A stretch of DNA of 44,236 nt from Tubiluchus corallicola (GCA_030141605.1 JAQGDQ010001365.1:1-44236); one strand, 5' to 3'; positions 20,592 through 32,925 are shown, counted from the first letter of the stretch. The notes: a model not told the origin generated them from the letters alone. Made by a program: numbers and translations.

Positions 20592-23500
20592 GTAAGGCAG
20601 TAAATTAATTATTTTTTAGTTTTACTCATTTAATAACTTTGTCACTTTATATCATATTACCAAATTATCGTACTATGCATTGTGTTTGTCTTGTAAAAAA
20701 GGTGATAAATAAAGATACTACCATACTTACTTACAGCTTATAACTATATACATTGTATTATGCTAGTCGCACACGGCAAAAAATTTGTATGAAGCATCTC
20801 ACAATAAATTTGCTTTTGATTTGTTCGATCTGGCTTTGCATGATGCGAGGAGGCTGCACACGGGATCAGGATGACTTTGTGTGAGAGTCACAGTGAGATA
20901 AAAAATTTAATACGTTTAATGAAAGTTTGTGTCCTGTAAAATTGGACAGAGAGTATTTATTGAGTGTGCACACGAGTCGCATATCTTGCAAGTTGTTATT
21001 GTTACGTCGTGTGCGACAGGTGTTAACGAATTTGCTGCAGTATGCAACTTTTCACTGTTTAGTGGGCAGTTGTAAACTTACAGAGTTAAAGACGTATCTC
21101 TCATTTTACATTAATTTTACATAGACATAGAACATTTATTTTCTCCAATTAGTTTAAAATCAAAAGTTTTTTAAATATTAAATAATCATAATCATGGAGC
21201 AGGGCAGGGAAGGACAATAGGGTCATCTAGTGTCCTGCACTTTTTTATAAATAGATTAGTCATTTTAAAAATTAACGTTGATGCTGCAGATAACAAAAAC
21301 AAAAACAAATAAAAAATAAATAAATAATAATAACAAATGGCACAACTTATCAAAAAGAACTGAAAACAAAAAATAATAAAGCTAGATGCCTAAATCTAAA
21401 CAAAACAATAAAATTATTCAGTAATAATGATTATTATATGTAGTAGTTTCAAATGGGGTCTTATTAACAGGGGAATTTCATCAAGGTTAGTGAGTAAAGT
21501 TAAAAACTGGGAATATGGAAAGAAAAAAATAAGCATCAAAAAAGTGTAATATAGAAAAATTTATGAGAAAAAGTAAGTATGAGAAAGAGCAACAATTACT
21601 TAGGAGATGAGGAGAAAAAAGAAAAGAAAAGAAAGAAAACTTGCTTATTAGTCTGACAAGTTATGTAATACAGGTATATCCATTTAGTAAGATTTTTGTG
21701 TATTTTTTGGAAAGTTTTGGAAGGAAGTATTTTTACCTAATGTGATCTTTTATACAATTTCTTTTCCTAAAATATGTAAATATTGATTATTTATTTTAGC
21801 ATCTGAAGCTGCTATTGAACAGAAGAGTTCAGTTCGTGTGGCCTGTCTAATTCTTACTAGTCCAAAGACAATCAAAAGACGTGCAATGCACGTGAAAGCA
21901 ACTTGGGGACGACGATGCGACGTCCTCGCCTTTTTCAGTTCTGAGGATGAGCCTTCTCTTCCTGCCATTGGAATAGGTTTGTTAACAGTTGATTTGCTGT
22001 CCAGAAAATGATGTTAGATGTACCAGTTTTAGGGTCCTTTTAGGCTTCTTTGTCGCCATAGGCCCTAGTACTTACATGATTTAAGTAACAGACCAGCAGC
22101 ACTGATGAAACTCGATTCATGTGAAGTAAAAAATTCATTAATATTGCATATAGCTAGTCTATAGCTGACATGGAAGAGTTGTGGTAGAGAGTTATTTGCT
22201 TATGTAAGTAATAATCCTTTTCGCAGTGCACACGTCCAGCTACTGTAGGTCAAAGGTTAAGTGCACCACAGCAACGTGTCTTCACTACAACCGTCATGTG
22301 ACGTGTGGGTAAAGAAAAGCCGTCTGTCGCATCAGTTCAGTAGCGTCTAGCTAGCTGTTCAAACTGCTACTATTGCAGTCTTTTCAGGTGTTGTCAAGTG
22401 TACACAAAAGTGTTGTCTGGTACATTTAACCTTTGACCTTTAACAGCCTTTAGCTGGTCAAGCAGCCATCAAGCAGCTATTTAACAAACAGCCAAGAATG
22501 CAACCAAGCAACATCAGTAAGAAAATAAACCTGTCATCTCACCGATTGATGATTCATCTAGCCAGTCAGGTAACTAACCAGCCAAACATGCTATCAAGCA
22601 AACAATCAACAGTTAACTGGTCAGCAATCGATCAATTTATCTCTGACCAACTAACAAAGTAATCGATAAGGTACCTACAACTGACCAAACATCCGGTCAA
22701 CAAAATATTCTACCAGCTAGCCACCAAATCAATCATTAAGCTAGTCCATAAATCGTCCACTCAGTCAATTGGTCAAACAACCGATCAGCGTGTTAGTCAG
22801 CGAATACCCCATCCAGTCAGCCAGCCAACAGACAAAGCAACAGACAGCCTGGTGAAATTATAGATAAGATTGATCATTTTGCGCATCGGAGCTGGCAAAT
22901 CGATTACAGATTTGTGAACATTTTTGAAAAATTGCAAAATTTTTTTGTTTAGGTGCAGGGATGAGAATTTTCCGGGGATACGCGGAATTCCGAGTTTTTG
23001 GGAGACCAGTAGTGCCATTTTTGTAAATCGCGTAAATTTGTTGAGAAAATGTTTACGGACCCAGTACATTATTTCACAAACTGACCGCTAGGTGGCAGGC
23101 CATCACTTTGTTTACATCACGTACATCTGTGTAACCACGTGTATATCTCTATGTATAAAAATATGGAATCAATTGTGCGGAGTTATTTGAGTCAATTGCA
23201 GACAGTTTTTATATACTTTTGCATAGGAGTGGCCAGTACTTAGGCGTTTTTGAGACAATTAGGTATCATGTATCCTTGATAGTTGGGTATTTTAAATTAT
23301 GCATGAAACAAGCTAATTGATATTTTAAGTCCACTTAGAGGCTCTCTATGGTCACAAAATTGCAATTTGTTGCTGGCTCCAAGGGCCCCGGCCTGTTTCA
23401 GAGTTTTTTACGATTTGTCATTCTCATCCCTGTAGGTGTACCCGAAGGAAGGGAAATGTTATGGGCAAAAAGCAGAAGTTCATTTCTTTACGCATTTGAC

Positions 23501-26500
23501 AAGTTCTACGACAGAGCTGATTGGTTTCTCAAAGCCGATGATGACACCTACATTATCGTGGAGAATCTGAGGCGTCTTCTAGAGTCACATGATCATTCCA
23601 AACCCGTGTACCTAGGCAGGCGAATTCGCAATGATGCCGTCACCGAACAAGGTATTGCTTTGGTAATGAGTTCCACACAGAATCAGCTCTGGGGAAAATA
23701 GTACCGAGTAGAACACAGTAAATTCTATAGTGTACTTAAAGGACAAAAAAGGGGTACCTGAAGTTGCTTTCAGACAAATCGCCTTAAAAATGATATTATT
23801 TTATAGCAATTTTATGCTTTATGTTTTCATTTTAAATGTCTCGCGACACTGTTCCATCCGCGCCATTACATGACATCATATTTGCGCAATTTAATTAAAG
23901 GGGAAGAAAAGGAAATGTTAAATTATGTCCCAAAAAACTTTCCATGCAAATCTATATTACTTAGCATTTCACTCACCTGCTTGAAAGACTTATGTAACTA
24001 GAAAAGAAAATTATTAATTATTTAAAATGTTTTCACCAATTGGTAAAATGTCGCTGACTCACCCTCCAGGGTGCACCACTCACTAACCAAAAACGTATTT
24101 TTAATCTTATTGACAAGATACAGTAATTTAAAATTTTATTTAGTTAGTGACTTGTGTGCTATGAATGCTCTGATTTTTTTCAAACTTTACTTAATGTTAT
24201 CTAAACTTGTTTCAAATGACCTGTCGTGAAAATGGCTGCATCTAACGGTCATCGCGGGAGTTTAAATTTACATGTTTTATACAGCGTTACTGCCGATTGA
24301 AGTCCTACACGTAAAAAGGCTGTATGTAAGTGATATAAAATTTCAAAACATTTTAACACAATTAACGAATCACAAAACAACAAAAGTTCTCAATGTTTTA
24401 CAATGGAAACAGATATGTGATAAAAGATCTCACTGGCAACATGTCTCCCAGATTTATTCATATTACATGACAGCATAAAATGCTTTATATACTACAGAAT
24501 GTTCAAAATGAACTGTTTGTGGTGTGTTACTAATGTCGAGCATAATGATGTCAAACGTAAGTTTTTAGAAAAGCATCTATAAAAAATTTGCTTTGCAAAA
24601 ACAAAAGTACGTTCCTGTTGATAGCAGTAACTGCAGTTCAATCCAGAAAAAGTGATTTACATGCAAAAAGACAGTATGTAAGCGATATGAAATTTCAAGA
24701 CGAATTTCTTAACCTTTATGTAAGTGGAGGGTTTTCTTAGGCTTTAATTAATAACTTAAAAGTGATACGCAGGGAAGTTAGGACAGATGAAACTGCGTGT
24801 AGAAACGTAGTAGTTCTGATGTAGCAAGTTTTGTGCTCATTTGTTAACAAGTAGTTTGCAGAAAGCACATCTTTGGACCAGGACAAACCATAGATATGAT
24901 TTGAGTGCCTCTCGTGCTAGGTTACATGAGCGGCGGAGCCGGTTACGTTCTCAGCAAAGAGGCGTTGCGAAGATTTGCCGTGAAGGGGATGAAAGATTTT
25001 GCCATATGCCACGAAGAAGGCGGAGCGGAAGACGTGGAGATGGGGCAGTGCATGGAGAACTTAGGTAATTACAGGCTCCTTTGACCTTGAAATTAGACTT
25101 TGACCTTGAAGTTCACTTTTGGAACCACCTATGGTGGGTTTGTTCATATTTCAGTCACTCGTTTTCAAAATAGCTTAAAGGTTTACTCGACATTGCCTTG
25201 ACCTCGGTCTTTTGTAGCGATTGACTTTGACCTTTTGACCTCCAAAATGAAGGAATTGTATAAAGTACCTAAACAAGTAATTTTAATAATTTGTTTTCAA
25301 ACTAATAATTTGTTTCCTCGTTTGCAGGAGTCGCGGCGGGCGACTCCAGGGACGAACACGGAGAGGAGACGTTCTTTCCTTTCCTCCCAGAACATCAGCT
25401 TAACATTCATCAGGTGACGGACCCCAACTTTTGGTTCCTGCATAACTCCTGGTATCAGCCTCCCAAAAAGGTAAATGTTTTCATTATGTGGTTGTGTGAA
25501 GAGTTTGGTTAAAGGAAAACCGGATGATTGTGTAAACACGAGTTCAGAATAAAGAATACTGTAAAATATTGAAAACTACAATTGCTTATTTTAAATCAAA
25601 GCTTAGATTAAATAATAATTACCTGGGACATTCAAATTTCATTAAACTTTCAAAGCGACGCACGGCTCAGTGAATGTACTAAGATTGGCAGCGGCGCCTT
25701 TTTGTCACATTCGCGTGGCCGACAAATAGAAGGCGGTACCGTGATAAGCATGATCATGAACTGCTGTGTTAGTTTCTGACGTCATATGATGTAATGCCCA
25801 TTTTGCGTGACATCGTGCGTTTAAGCAGTACTGTAACACTTATGCAAATGTGCTTGATGTGCAAGGGAAGACGCCTGTCATTGCAAACACTGTGGTTAGT
25901 TTCTGACGTAAGCAACCTTCCACATGAACTGGTCTCGTAAACATTAGTTCAGTATGAAGAATGCTCTAAAATATTGAAAACTACAACAGCTTATTTTAAA
26001 TCAAAGCTTAGATTAAATAATAATTACCTCGGATACTCAAATTTCGCTAAACTTTCAAAGCTGTAGAAATTTGCAATCATTTTATAGTAAAACTTATACA
26101 ATGTTCACTTCAGTAACAAAATTGAACAAACAGTCATAAAAGTTAGCAATATGATGCTGTAGAAATTTTGTATTCTTCAACATTGCTTTAACAGTAGAAA
26201 ATTTTACATCCTTTCTCAATGCTGTCTCTAGATCAACTGAAACTTGCATGTCTGAGAGAATAAAGCTGTAATCACATGACCAGAGATTCAAGTTCCTATT
26301 GGAAGGTACATCACATTCATGCATACAGACCATAAATGGAAAGGTCACCTATACTCTACAGACTACTAGTCAAACCAAAATCAAAGTCTACTTGGCTTCT
26401 TTGATAGCAGAATAAAGATTATTGGTTTACAGAAAGCTGTGTTATAATGTTATAATTTTTCTCTATTTAAATTTGAATAAGAGAGTTAGAACCAGAATTA

Positions 26501-28106
26501 AAGCATGAAATTAACAATCTAATTACTCTGATTAATGACTATCTATAAAAGCAAAAGGAAATAATATTTAGAAACAAAAATCAATCTCTGACAAACTTTG
26601 TATAATTAGAGTAAAACAACGACTGTAGATGGCAGCATAGACTAATTCAGCACTTTAGTGTAGTAGACTGACAGTTTAACAAAATTTGAGTATCCGAGGT
26701 AATTATTATTTAATTTAAGCTTTGATTTACAAAAAACTATTGTAGTTTTCAATATTTTAGAGCATTCTTTATTCTGAACTCGTGTTTACACAATCGTCCG
26801 GTTTTCCTTTAAGAAGGGGGGGGAGTCAAATGTTGTTGCATTGTTATTCATGCAGATTAACAGGAATGGACTTGGTAAAAAACAGGAACACTAGTAATAA
26901 ATTAAAAACGTTTTTGCAGGGCATGGGTTGTTGCAGCCAATATGCAATATCTTTTCACTAGTAATAAATTAAGAACTTTTTTGCAGGGCATGGGTTGTTG
27001 CAGTCAATATCAATATGCAATATCTTTTCACTAGTAATAAATTAAAAACGTTTTTGCTGGGCATGGGTTGTTGCAGCCAATATGCAATATCTTTTCACTA
27101 GTAATAAATTAAAAACGTTCTTGCAGGGCATGGGCTGTTGCAGCCAATATGCAATATCTTTTCACTAATAATAAATTCAAAAATTTCTTGCAGAGCATGG
27201 GTTGTTGCAGCCAATATGCAATATCTTTTCACTAGTAATAAATTAAAAACGTTTTTGCAGGGCATGGGTTGTTGCAGCCAATATGCAATATCTTTTCACT
27301 AGTAATAAATTAAGAACTTTTTTGTGGGGCATGGGTTGTTGCAGCCAATATGCAATATCTTTTCACTAGTAATAAATTAAGAACTTTTTTGCAGGGCATG
27401 GGTTGTTGCAGCCAATATGCAATATCTTTTCACTAGTAATAAATTAAAAACGTTTTTGCTGGGCATGGGTTGTTGCAGCCAATATGCAATATCTTTTCAC
27501 TAGTAATAAATTAAAAACGTTCTTGCAGGGCATGGGCTGTTGCAGCCAATATGCAATATCTTTTCACTAATAATAAATTCAAAAATTTCTTGCAGGGCAT
27601 GGGTTGTTGCAGCCAATATGCAATATCTTTTCACTAGTAATAAATTAAAAACGTTTTTGCAGGGCATGGGTTGTTGCAGCCAATATGCAATATCTTTTCA
27701 CTAGTAATAAATTAAGAACTTTTTTGCAGGGCATGGGTTGTTGCAGCCAATATGCAATATCTTTTCACTAGTAATAAATTAAAAGCGTTTTTGCAGGGCA
27801 TGGGTTGTTGCAGCTAATATGCAATATCTTTTCACTAGTAATAAATTAAAAACGTTTTTGCAGGGCATGGGTTGTTGCAGCCAATATGCAATATCTTTTC
27901 ACTACATCAACAGACCTATGATGTACACATTGGAATACCTCATCTACCATCTACGACCGTACGGGTACGAGTACAAGTGGCGGCCGGAAAAGCTCCGTCT
28001 CATGGACGACGTCCTAAACAGTACCGCGAAGAGAAAGGGACGGCGGCGGCAAGATCACCCGGCCGACGTTCCGTTTATTGATGCCGAAGAGATTCGTCCC
28101 CACTGA
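20402..28106 (+). CDS. C1GALT1: Core 1 beta-1,3-galactosyltransferase (T-synthase, GT31), 6 coding exons: 20402-20591, 21800-21976, 23436-23651, 24921-25064, 25328-25470, 27864-28106 (1113 nt, 370 aa)
   Basis: All introns are GT-AG and phases are compatible (1,1,1,1,0). The spliced protein has an N-terminal membrane anchor, [21 protein letters not shown] (DxD), [30 protein letters not shown] and [11 protein letters not shown]...[12 protein letters not shown]. It could be one of several invertebrate paralogues. Confidence 0.9.
21800..21976 (+). CDS. C1GALT1: C1GALT1-like exon 2
   Basis: TTTTAG|CATCT...; [11 protein letters not shown]...[18 protein letters not shown]; donor G|GTTTGT. Confidence 0.9.
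23436..23651 (+). CDS. C1GALT1: C1GALT1-like exon 3 (DxD motif)
   Basis: CTGTAG|GTGTA...; [27 protein letters not shown]; donor G|GTATTG. Confidence 0.92.
23740..24345. mobile_element. TTAA-starting dispersed repeat, copy 1 (Kolobok-like end)
   Basis: Starts TTAA|AGGACAA and is colinear over ~600 bp with 28282-28943. Confidence 0.7.
24921..25064 (+). CDS. C1GALT1: C1GALT1-like exon 4
   Basis: GCTAG|GTTAC...; [19 protein letters not shown]...[13 protein letters not shown]; donor G|GTAATT. Confidence 0.92.
25328..25470 (+). CDS. C1GALT1: C1GALT1-like exon 5
   Basis: TTTGCAG|GAGTC...; [25 protein letters not shown]...WYQPPKK; donor AAG|GTAAAT. Confidence 0.9.
25513..26808. mobile_element. TTAA-flanked composite element in C1GALT1 intron 5
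   Basis: TTAA|AGGAAAACCGGATGATTGTGTAAACACGAG ... CTCGTGTTTACACAATCGTCCGGTTTTCCT|TTAA. Same family as 8085-8626. Confidence 0.8.
26889..27902 (+). repeat. 67-bp tandem array (15 copies) made of the exon-6 splice acceptor plus the first 39 nt of exon 6
   Basis: Unit TAGTAATAAATTAAAAACGTTTTTGCAG|GGCATGGGTTGTTGCAGCCAATATGCAATATCTTTTCAC. Only the last copy continues TACATCAAC. Confidence 0.97.
27864..28106 (+). CDS. C1GALT1: C1GALT1-like exon 6 (terminal)
   Basis: [35 protein letters not shown]...RPH*. Confidence 0.9.
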   Translation, partial: GMGCCSQYAISFHYINRPMMYTLEYLIYHLRPYGYEYKWRPEKLRLMDDVLNSTAKRKGRRRQDHPADVPFIDAEEIRPH

Positions 28107-28281
28107 ATTCTTTCACACAAGTTTGAGAGCAGAAATACGGTTTCGTTTTTTTACGGACTGCAGTACGCCGCTGGTCCGGAAAGATAAAGCAGGTTGAAGA
28201 GAATCAGAGAAAACTTAAGATGTCGACTTGCTAGGAGTACAGGACAAGAAGGTATTTGAAGTTGGAGGCATTGAACGTTAA

Positions 28282-28943
28282 AGGACAACAAAATGGATAC
28301 CTGAAGTAGGTTTCAAAAGAAGCACCTTAAAAAATTCTATTACTTTACGGCAATTTTATGCGTGTATCTTACTCCGAAGTAATTCTTTAGTACTATAAAT
28401 ATAGTACTATATAGTACTATAAATATATTACTATAGTAAAGTCTATCTTTATGCGAATTATTTACTTCCATTTTAAATTTCCCGCAATACTGTTCCATTA
28501 CATGACGTCATACACGCACAATGTAAATCAGGGGAAGAAAAGAAAATGTTAAATTATGTCCCAAAAAACTTTCCATGCAAAGTTATATTACTTAGCATTT
28601 CACTTACCTGCTGGAAAGACTTAGGTAACTAGAAATAATAATTTAAAATGTTCGTGCCAGTTGGTAAAATGTTGCTGACGCACCCTCCAGGGTGCGCCAC
28701 TCACTAGACAAAAACGTATTTTTAATCTTATTGACAAGATACTGTAATTTAGAATTTTACTTACTTAGTAACATGTGCGGTACGAATGCTCTGATTAGTT
28801 TTTCAAACTTTACTTAATGTTATCAAAACTTGTTTCAAATGGCCTACCATCAAAATGGCTGCATCTGACGGTCATCGCGGGAGCTTAGATTTACATGTTT
28901 TATGCAGCGTTACTGCCAACGCAAGCCCTGTATGCAAAAAGAC
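28282..28943. mobile_element. TTAA-starting dispersed repeat, copy 2
   Basis: Direct copy of 23740-24345, starting ~175 bp after the C1GALT1 stop. Confidence 0.7.
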
Positions 28944-29495
28944 AAATGGAAACTGATGTGTCAAGCAGCTCAAACAAGTGGAAACTTACAAGAAGCTTGG
29001 GGATGCTGGGTGCCCCGGGGAGCTCCTTCAATCAGTTAGTACATCTTCCGGGCGAGTCGGGAATTCTCAGGGAACGGTTCTATTTAAACAGGACTCTTCC
29101 TAGCAATCTTCGTAGGTCTATTCAACCTTAACTGACCACCTGGTCAAGCACCGGAGGAGGAAAAGTGGCTAATCACCTGTCCACATTGTGCCTCTAGATG
29201 TTGTAGCCACCTATCCTTATACCTTTAGGCACGGAATTCTTCTTCTTCTTCTATAGTCAGTGGCCTAGCTCATGCGGGAGCAACTGCTCCCCCTAGCATG
29301 TTTTTTTTCGAAACTGGCGCTTTTTCGACAATTTCTTAATTGTTTAATGAACTTGTGCAGTTGCTGAATGATCCTTTAATCGGCTGAAACAGACAAAAGT
29401 CCCGCCTTCTCTCTACAATGGACGAGCATGATGATTGTCTGGTTTAATTTTGCTCTCCATTGAAAGAGAGTTGACAACTGTTGGATACTGAGGTG

Positions 29496-29756
29496 CAGGG
29501 CTGGCCTTAAGAATAGGCAACCGCCTAGGGTCTCACCCTCCAGGGGGCCTCATGCCGAGGTAACATTTCTTTTGCTTTATGCGAACATACTGCCTCCTCT
29601 CTCTCTCTCTCTCTCTGTCTCTGTGTGTCTGTCTCTCTCTCTCTTTGTCTCTCTCTCTCTCGTAAATTTATTTTTTTCGTATTTATTTTTTCTATTTCAT
29701 TTGGGGCCACCAAATTCACTTCGCCTAGGGCCTCCAATTACCTAAGGCCGGCCCTG
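29496..29756. mobile_element. hAT-type MITE with internal (CT)n
   Basis: CAGGGCTGGCCTTA ... TAAGGCCGGCCCTG, with 8-bp flanks CTGAGGTG/CTGAGATG. Confidence 0.8.
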
Positions 29757-30332
29757 CTGAGATGGAGTAATAAAATTATCGATTACTTTGCTGAAGTGGA
29801 CTGCTGTAGTGCCTTCATGACATGTTTTTCAGAACACTTCGTCTTGTTTTCATTTTACGTTTAAAATTAAAATAATTAAGTAACACAAGTTTTCTATTAT
29901 GTTTTGAGATTTATGATTGTAAAACTTCTTGTTGTGTTTTGATTTCGAATACAAAATAACGATTATGTACTTCCTTTAAAACTATGTATGTATGGTGCTT
30001 CAGTTTTGATTTTAAACACAAAATTAAAACGTATGATTAGTTCGTTAAAAACTGTTTGCCACGCTTATATTATTACAATTGCAGCAATATGATATACAGT
30101 CGACCCTCGTTAAACCGGACCCCATTAGCCCGGATATCGGATCAGACGGACGTCATCCGTGGTAAAGGAAACTGACCGATTTCCGTCCGAGCCCGAGCGC
30201 TAAACACAACACGGCCTACCAACTGTACAATAATGTCTTTATCCTCACAGGTTAACTATTTTAAAGTAATATACAGTATAGTATATAGTGCAATGTATAT
30301 AGGCCTTATTAAGGTGATTATTCCTGTATAAT

Positions 30333-30813
30333 TGTTGTTGGCATCCTTCTGTCTCGGAAGACAATGGAATGTGCGCCAAGAGAGTCCGATCTTTGAACAT
30401 CTCCAGGGCGCACTCCTGGGCAAGGTGTATGGAGATCCTGAGTTGCCCAGACCGCAGGAACCCCTCTCTTCCTCCCTGGTGTAGTCCAAAGGAAAGCGGA
30501 GTGATACGTTTGGCACCAGGTTGGCTGCAGGAGCTGCCGGAGTCAGTGAGCATGCTGCACTGGTCTGCCTTGATTTGGAAGGTTTACTCCTCTACACATG
30601 GCCGTTGGGTCACTTGACCTCCTCCGCCCTCTAGCCGTTGGCTGCTCGTGCAGCTCCTCCGCCTAGTGTCAAGATACAGTGTGGGCATCCCGCAAGCCTA
30701 CAGTACCTGGTATTCCTAGGCAGTCACCCATCCAAGCACTAACAAGGCTCTACGTTGCTTAACTTCGGTGATCAGACGAGAACCGGTGTTTTCAACGTGA
30801 TTTGGCCGTAGTA
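30333..30813 (-). mobile_element. 5S rRNA-derived SINE (SINE3-type), ~480 bp, apparently full length
   Basis: 5S head, ~360-bp body and a CAACAACA tail. The 11-bp target-site duplication TCCTGTATAAT is at 30322-30332 and 30814-30824, and is single-copy in the empty MITE at ~13463. Confidence 0.88.
30694..30813 (-). pseudogene. 5S rRNA-like sequence (120 nt), head of the SINE
   Basis: The minus strand reads CTACGGCCAAATCACGTTGAAAACACCGGTTCTCGTCTGATCACCGAAGTTAAGCAACGT...TGGATGGGTGACTGCCTAGGAATACCAGGTACTGTAGGCTT. No oligo-T terminator follows. Confidence 0.9.
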
Positions 30814-31237
30814 TCCTGTATAATATAAACTGTATATAGGCATATCGGATAAATCGGACAATCGGCTAAACCGGACCTCCCCCCCATTAGTCCGGTTTAA
30901 TGAGGGTTGACTGTATTATGCAACCATGCTTTCATTTGTCTGACATGCTCTCAACTTGTGTACATTAACTAATATACCCGGTACAATGTCACATTACAAT
31001 ATGAAAATGAAGCGGTCGTAATGGAAATACAATATTAAAAAGGTACAGAAAGTAACATTAATGCTGCCAACACAAAATCCGTCAAATATATCATAATAAG
31101 ACTTCTTCTTTATGAGCTCGCTGCCCCCCCTAACCTGGTTACGCCCCTGTCTACAACTGCAATTTGCAATGGTCAAAGAAAACTAGAGAAAGACAAGATT
31201 TTATCTACGTACATAATGTTTATTATGCCTTGCCGTT

Positions 31238-31841
31238 ATTGACCATAAAATGAATTTACATGAAAGTGTCAATCAATGTCAAATCAGCATTGTCAAGAGA
31301 CATATGTCAACGATACCTAAGCAATTGACCATAAAATGAATTTACATGAAAGTGTCAATCAATGTCAAATCAGTACTGTCAAGAGACATATGTCAACGAT
31401 ACCTAAGAAATTGACCATAAAATGAATTTACATGAAAGTGTCAATCAATGTCAAATCAGTACTGTCAAGAGACATATGTCAACGATACCTAAGAAATTGA
31501 CCATAAAATGAATTTACATGAAAGTGTCAATCAATGTCAAATCAGCACTGTCAAGAGACATATGTCAACGATACCCAAGCAATTGACCATAAAATGAATT
31601 TACATGAAAGTGTCAATCAATGTCAAATCAGCACTGTCAAGAGACATATGTCAACGATACCCAAGCAATTGACCATAAAATGAATTTACATGAAAGTGTC
31701 AATCAATGTCAAATCAGCACTGCCAAGAGACATATGTCAACAATACCCAAGCAATTGACCATAAAATGAATTTACATGAAAGTGTCAATCAATGTCAAAT
31801 CAGCACTGTCAAGAGACATATGTCAACGATACCTAAGCAAT
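31238..31841. repeat. 86-bp tandem array, 7 copies
   Basis: Unit ATTGACCATAAAATGAATTTACATGAAAGTGTCAATCAATGTCAAATCAGCACTGTCAAGAGACATATGTCAACGATACCTAAGCA. Confidence 0.95.
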
Positions 31842-32253
31842 CGGAATAAACGAAGCATTCATTACCTGTTACGTTAATAAGTCGATGACAACAGGTAGTA
31901 ATTATTGTAAATAGTGAATTAAAATAAAATATAACAATTCTAATAATTGTTTATCGGTGTATTTACAATCTAAATCGTACTGATTTAACAAATAAATAGT
32001 TAGAAAATAAACAATGAATAAATTTTCTCGAAAATTCTAAGTTTTGTTAATGCACAAGCGTAAGAAATAAATATATAAAGACGTAATTGCGATGTAGCTA
32101 CGCTCGTATGCCATTAAACATGTTTATGAAATATGAAAACGGATCGTTCAAACTAGATACGATAATCAACAGCCATAACATTATAAATTTCAAACAATAA
32201 CTGGTCACCGGTTTCAATGCAAGCAGTAAAAAAAAAATTCACAGAATTGAATA

Positions 32254-32447
32254 CAGTCAGACCTTGTTATAACCCCCCGTCTCCCCCCGGATTATAATGC
32301 CAACCTCGCTTAACGCCCAATTTTCTGGCAAAACAAAATGTCTATATTTGCACAGACATGTATGTATTAATGCAAGGTCATTACAAGGTCAAACTCGCTT
32401 AATGACAATGGTTACCCAAAAGCGGCGGTAATAAAAAGGTCTGACTG
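32254..32447. mobile_element. Short Tc1/mariner-type MITE
   Basis: TA|CAGTCAGACCTT ... AAGGTCTGACTG|TA. Confidence 0.7.
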
Positions 32448-32658
32448 TAACTTTCTATAAAACACATCGTTGCCTTTCAATTTCAACAATTCTATTCAGT
32501 TCATTCGCACACGGTCAAAAACCCGACGTCTGTTTAACAAAATCGGGACATTAACTGTTTGCACACGGGCCATTGTGTATACACCATAGTCTCCAAACAC
32601 CATACAGGCAGCATTATATTTCAATATTCATGATAACAAGAAAATGGAAAACTTTGAA

Positions 32659-32925
32659 TTGTCGGGAACTAGGTACATCAGTTAATCAACTGCAAGAGAA
32701 CAGTAACGACAAATTTTAATGCCGCCATTTTAAAAGATAAGATGGCCGAATGACATTTGGAGCAGTATCGGAGAATGCGCAAATTCACGAGTATGACAAA
32801 GTCCGTTTGTCGGGCACTAGGTACATCAGTTAATCAATTACAAAAGAAAAGTGATGACAAATTTTAATGCCGCCATTTTAAAAAACAAGATGGCCGAATG
32901 CCGGTGTCGGAGAATGCGCAAATTC
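32659..32925. repeat. Diverged ~150-bp tandem duplication
   Basis: TTGTCGGG.ACTAGGTACATCAGTTAATCAA...TAATGCCGCCATTTTAAAA...AAGATGGCCGAATG occurs twice. Confidence 0.75.

Larger units (their letters stand above)
30097..30913. mobile_element. Tc1/pogo-type MITE interrupted by a 5S-derived SINE
   Basis: TA|CAGTCGACCCTCGTTAAACCGGAC ... GTCCGGTTTAATGAGGGTTGACTG|TA. Inverted copy of 13373-13757. Confidence 0.9.

Noticed and set aside
30694-30813. Functional 5S rRNA gene
   Set aside because: It is solitary, has altered first bases and no oligo-T terminator, and lies inside a TSD-bounded insertion.
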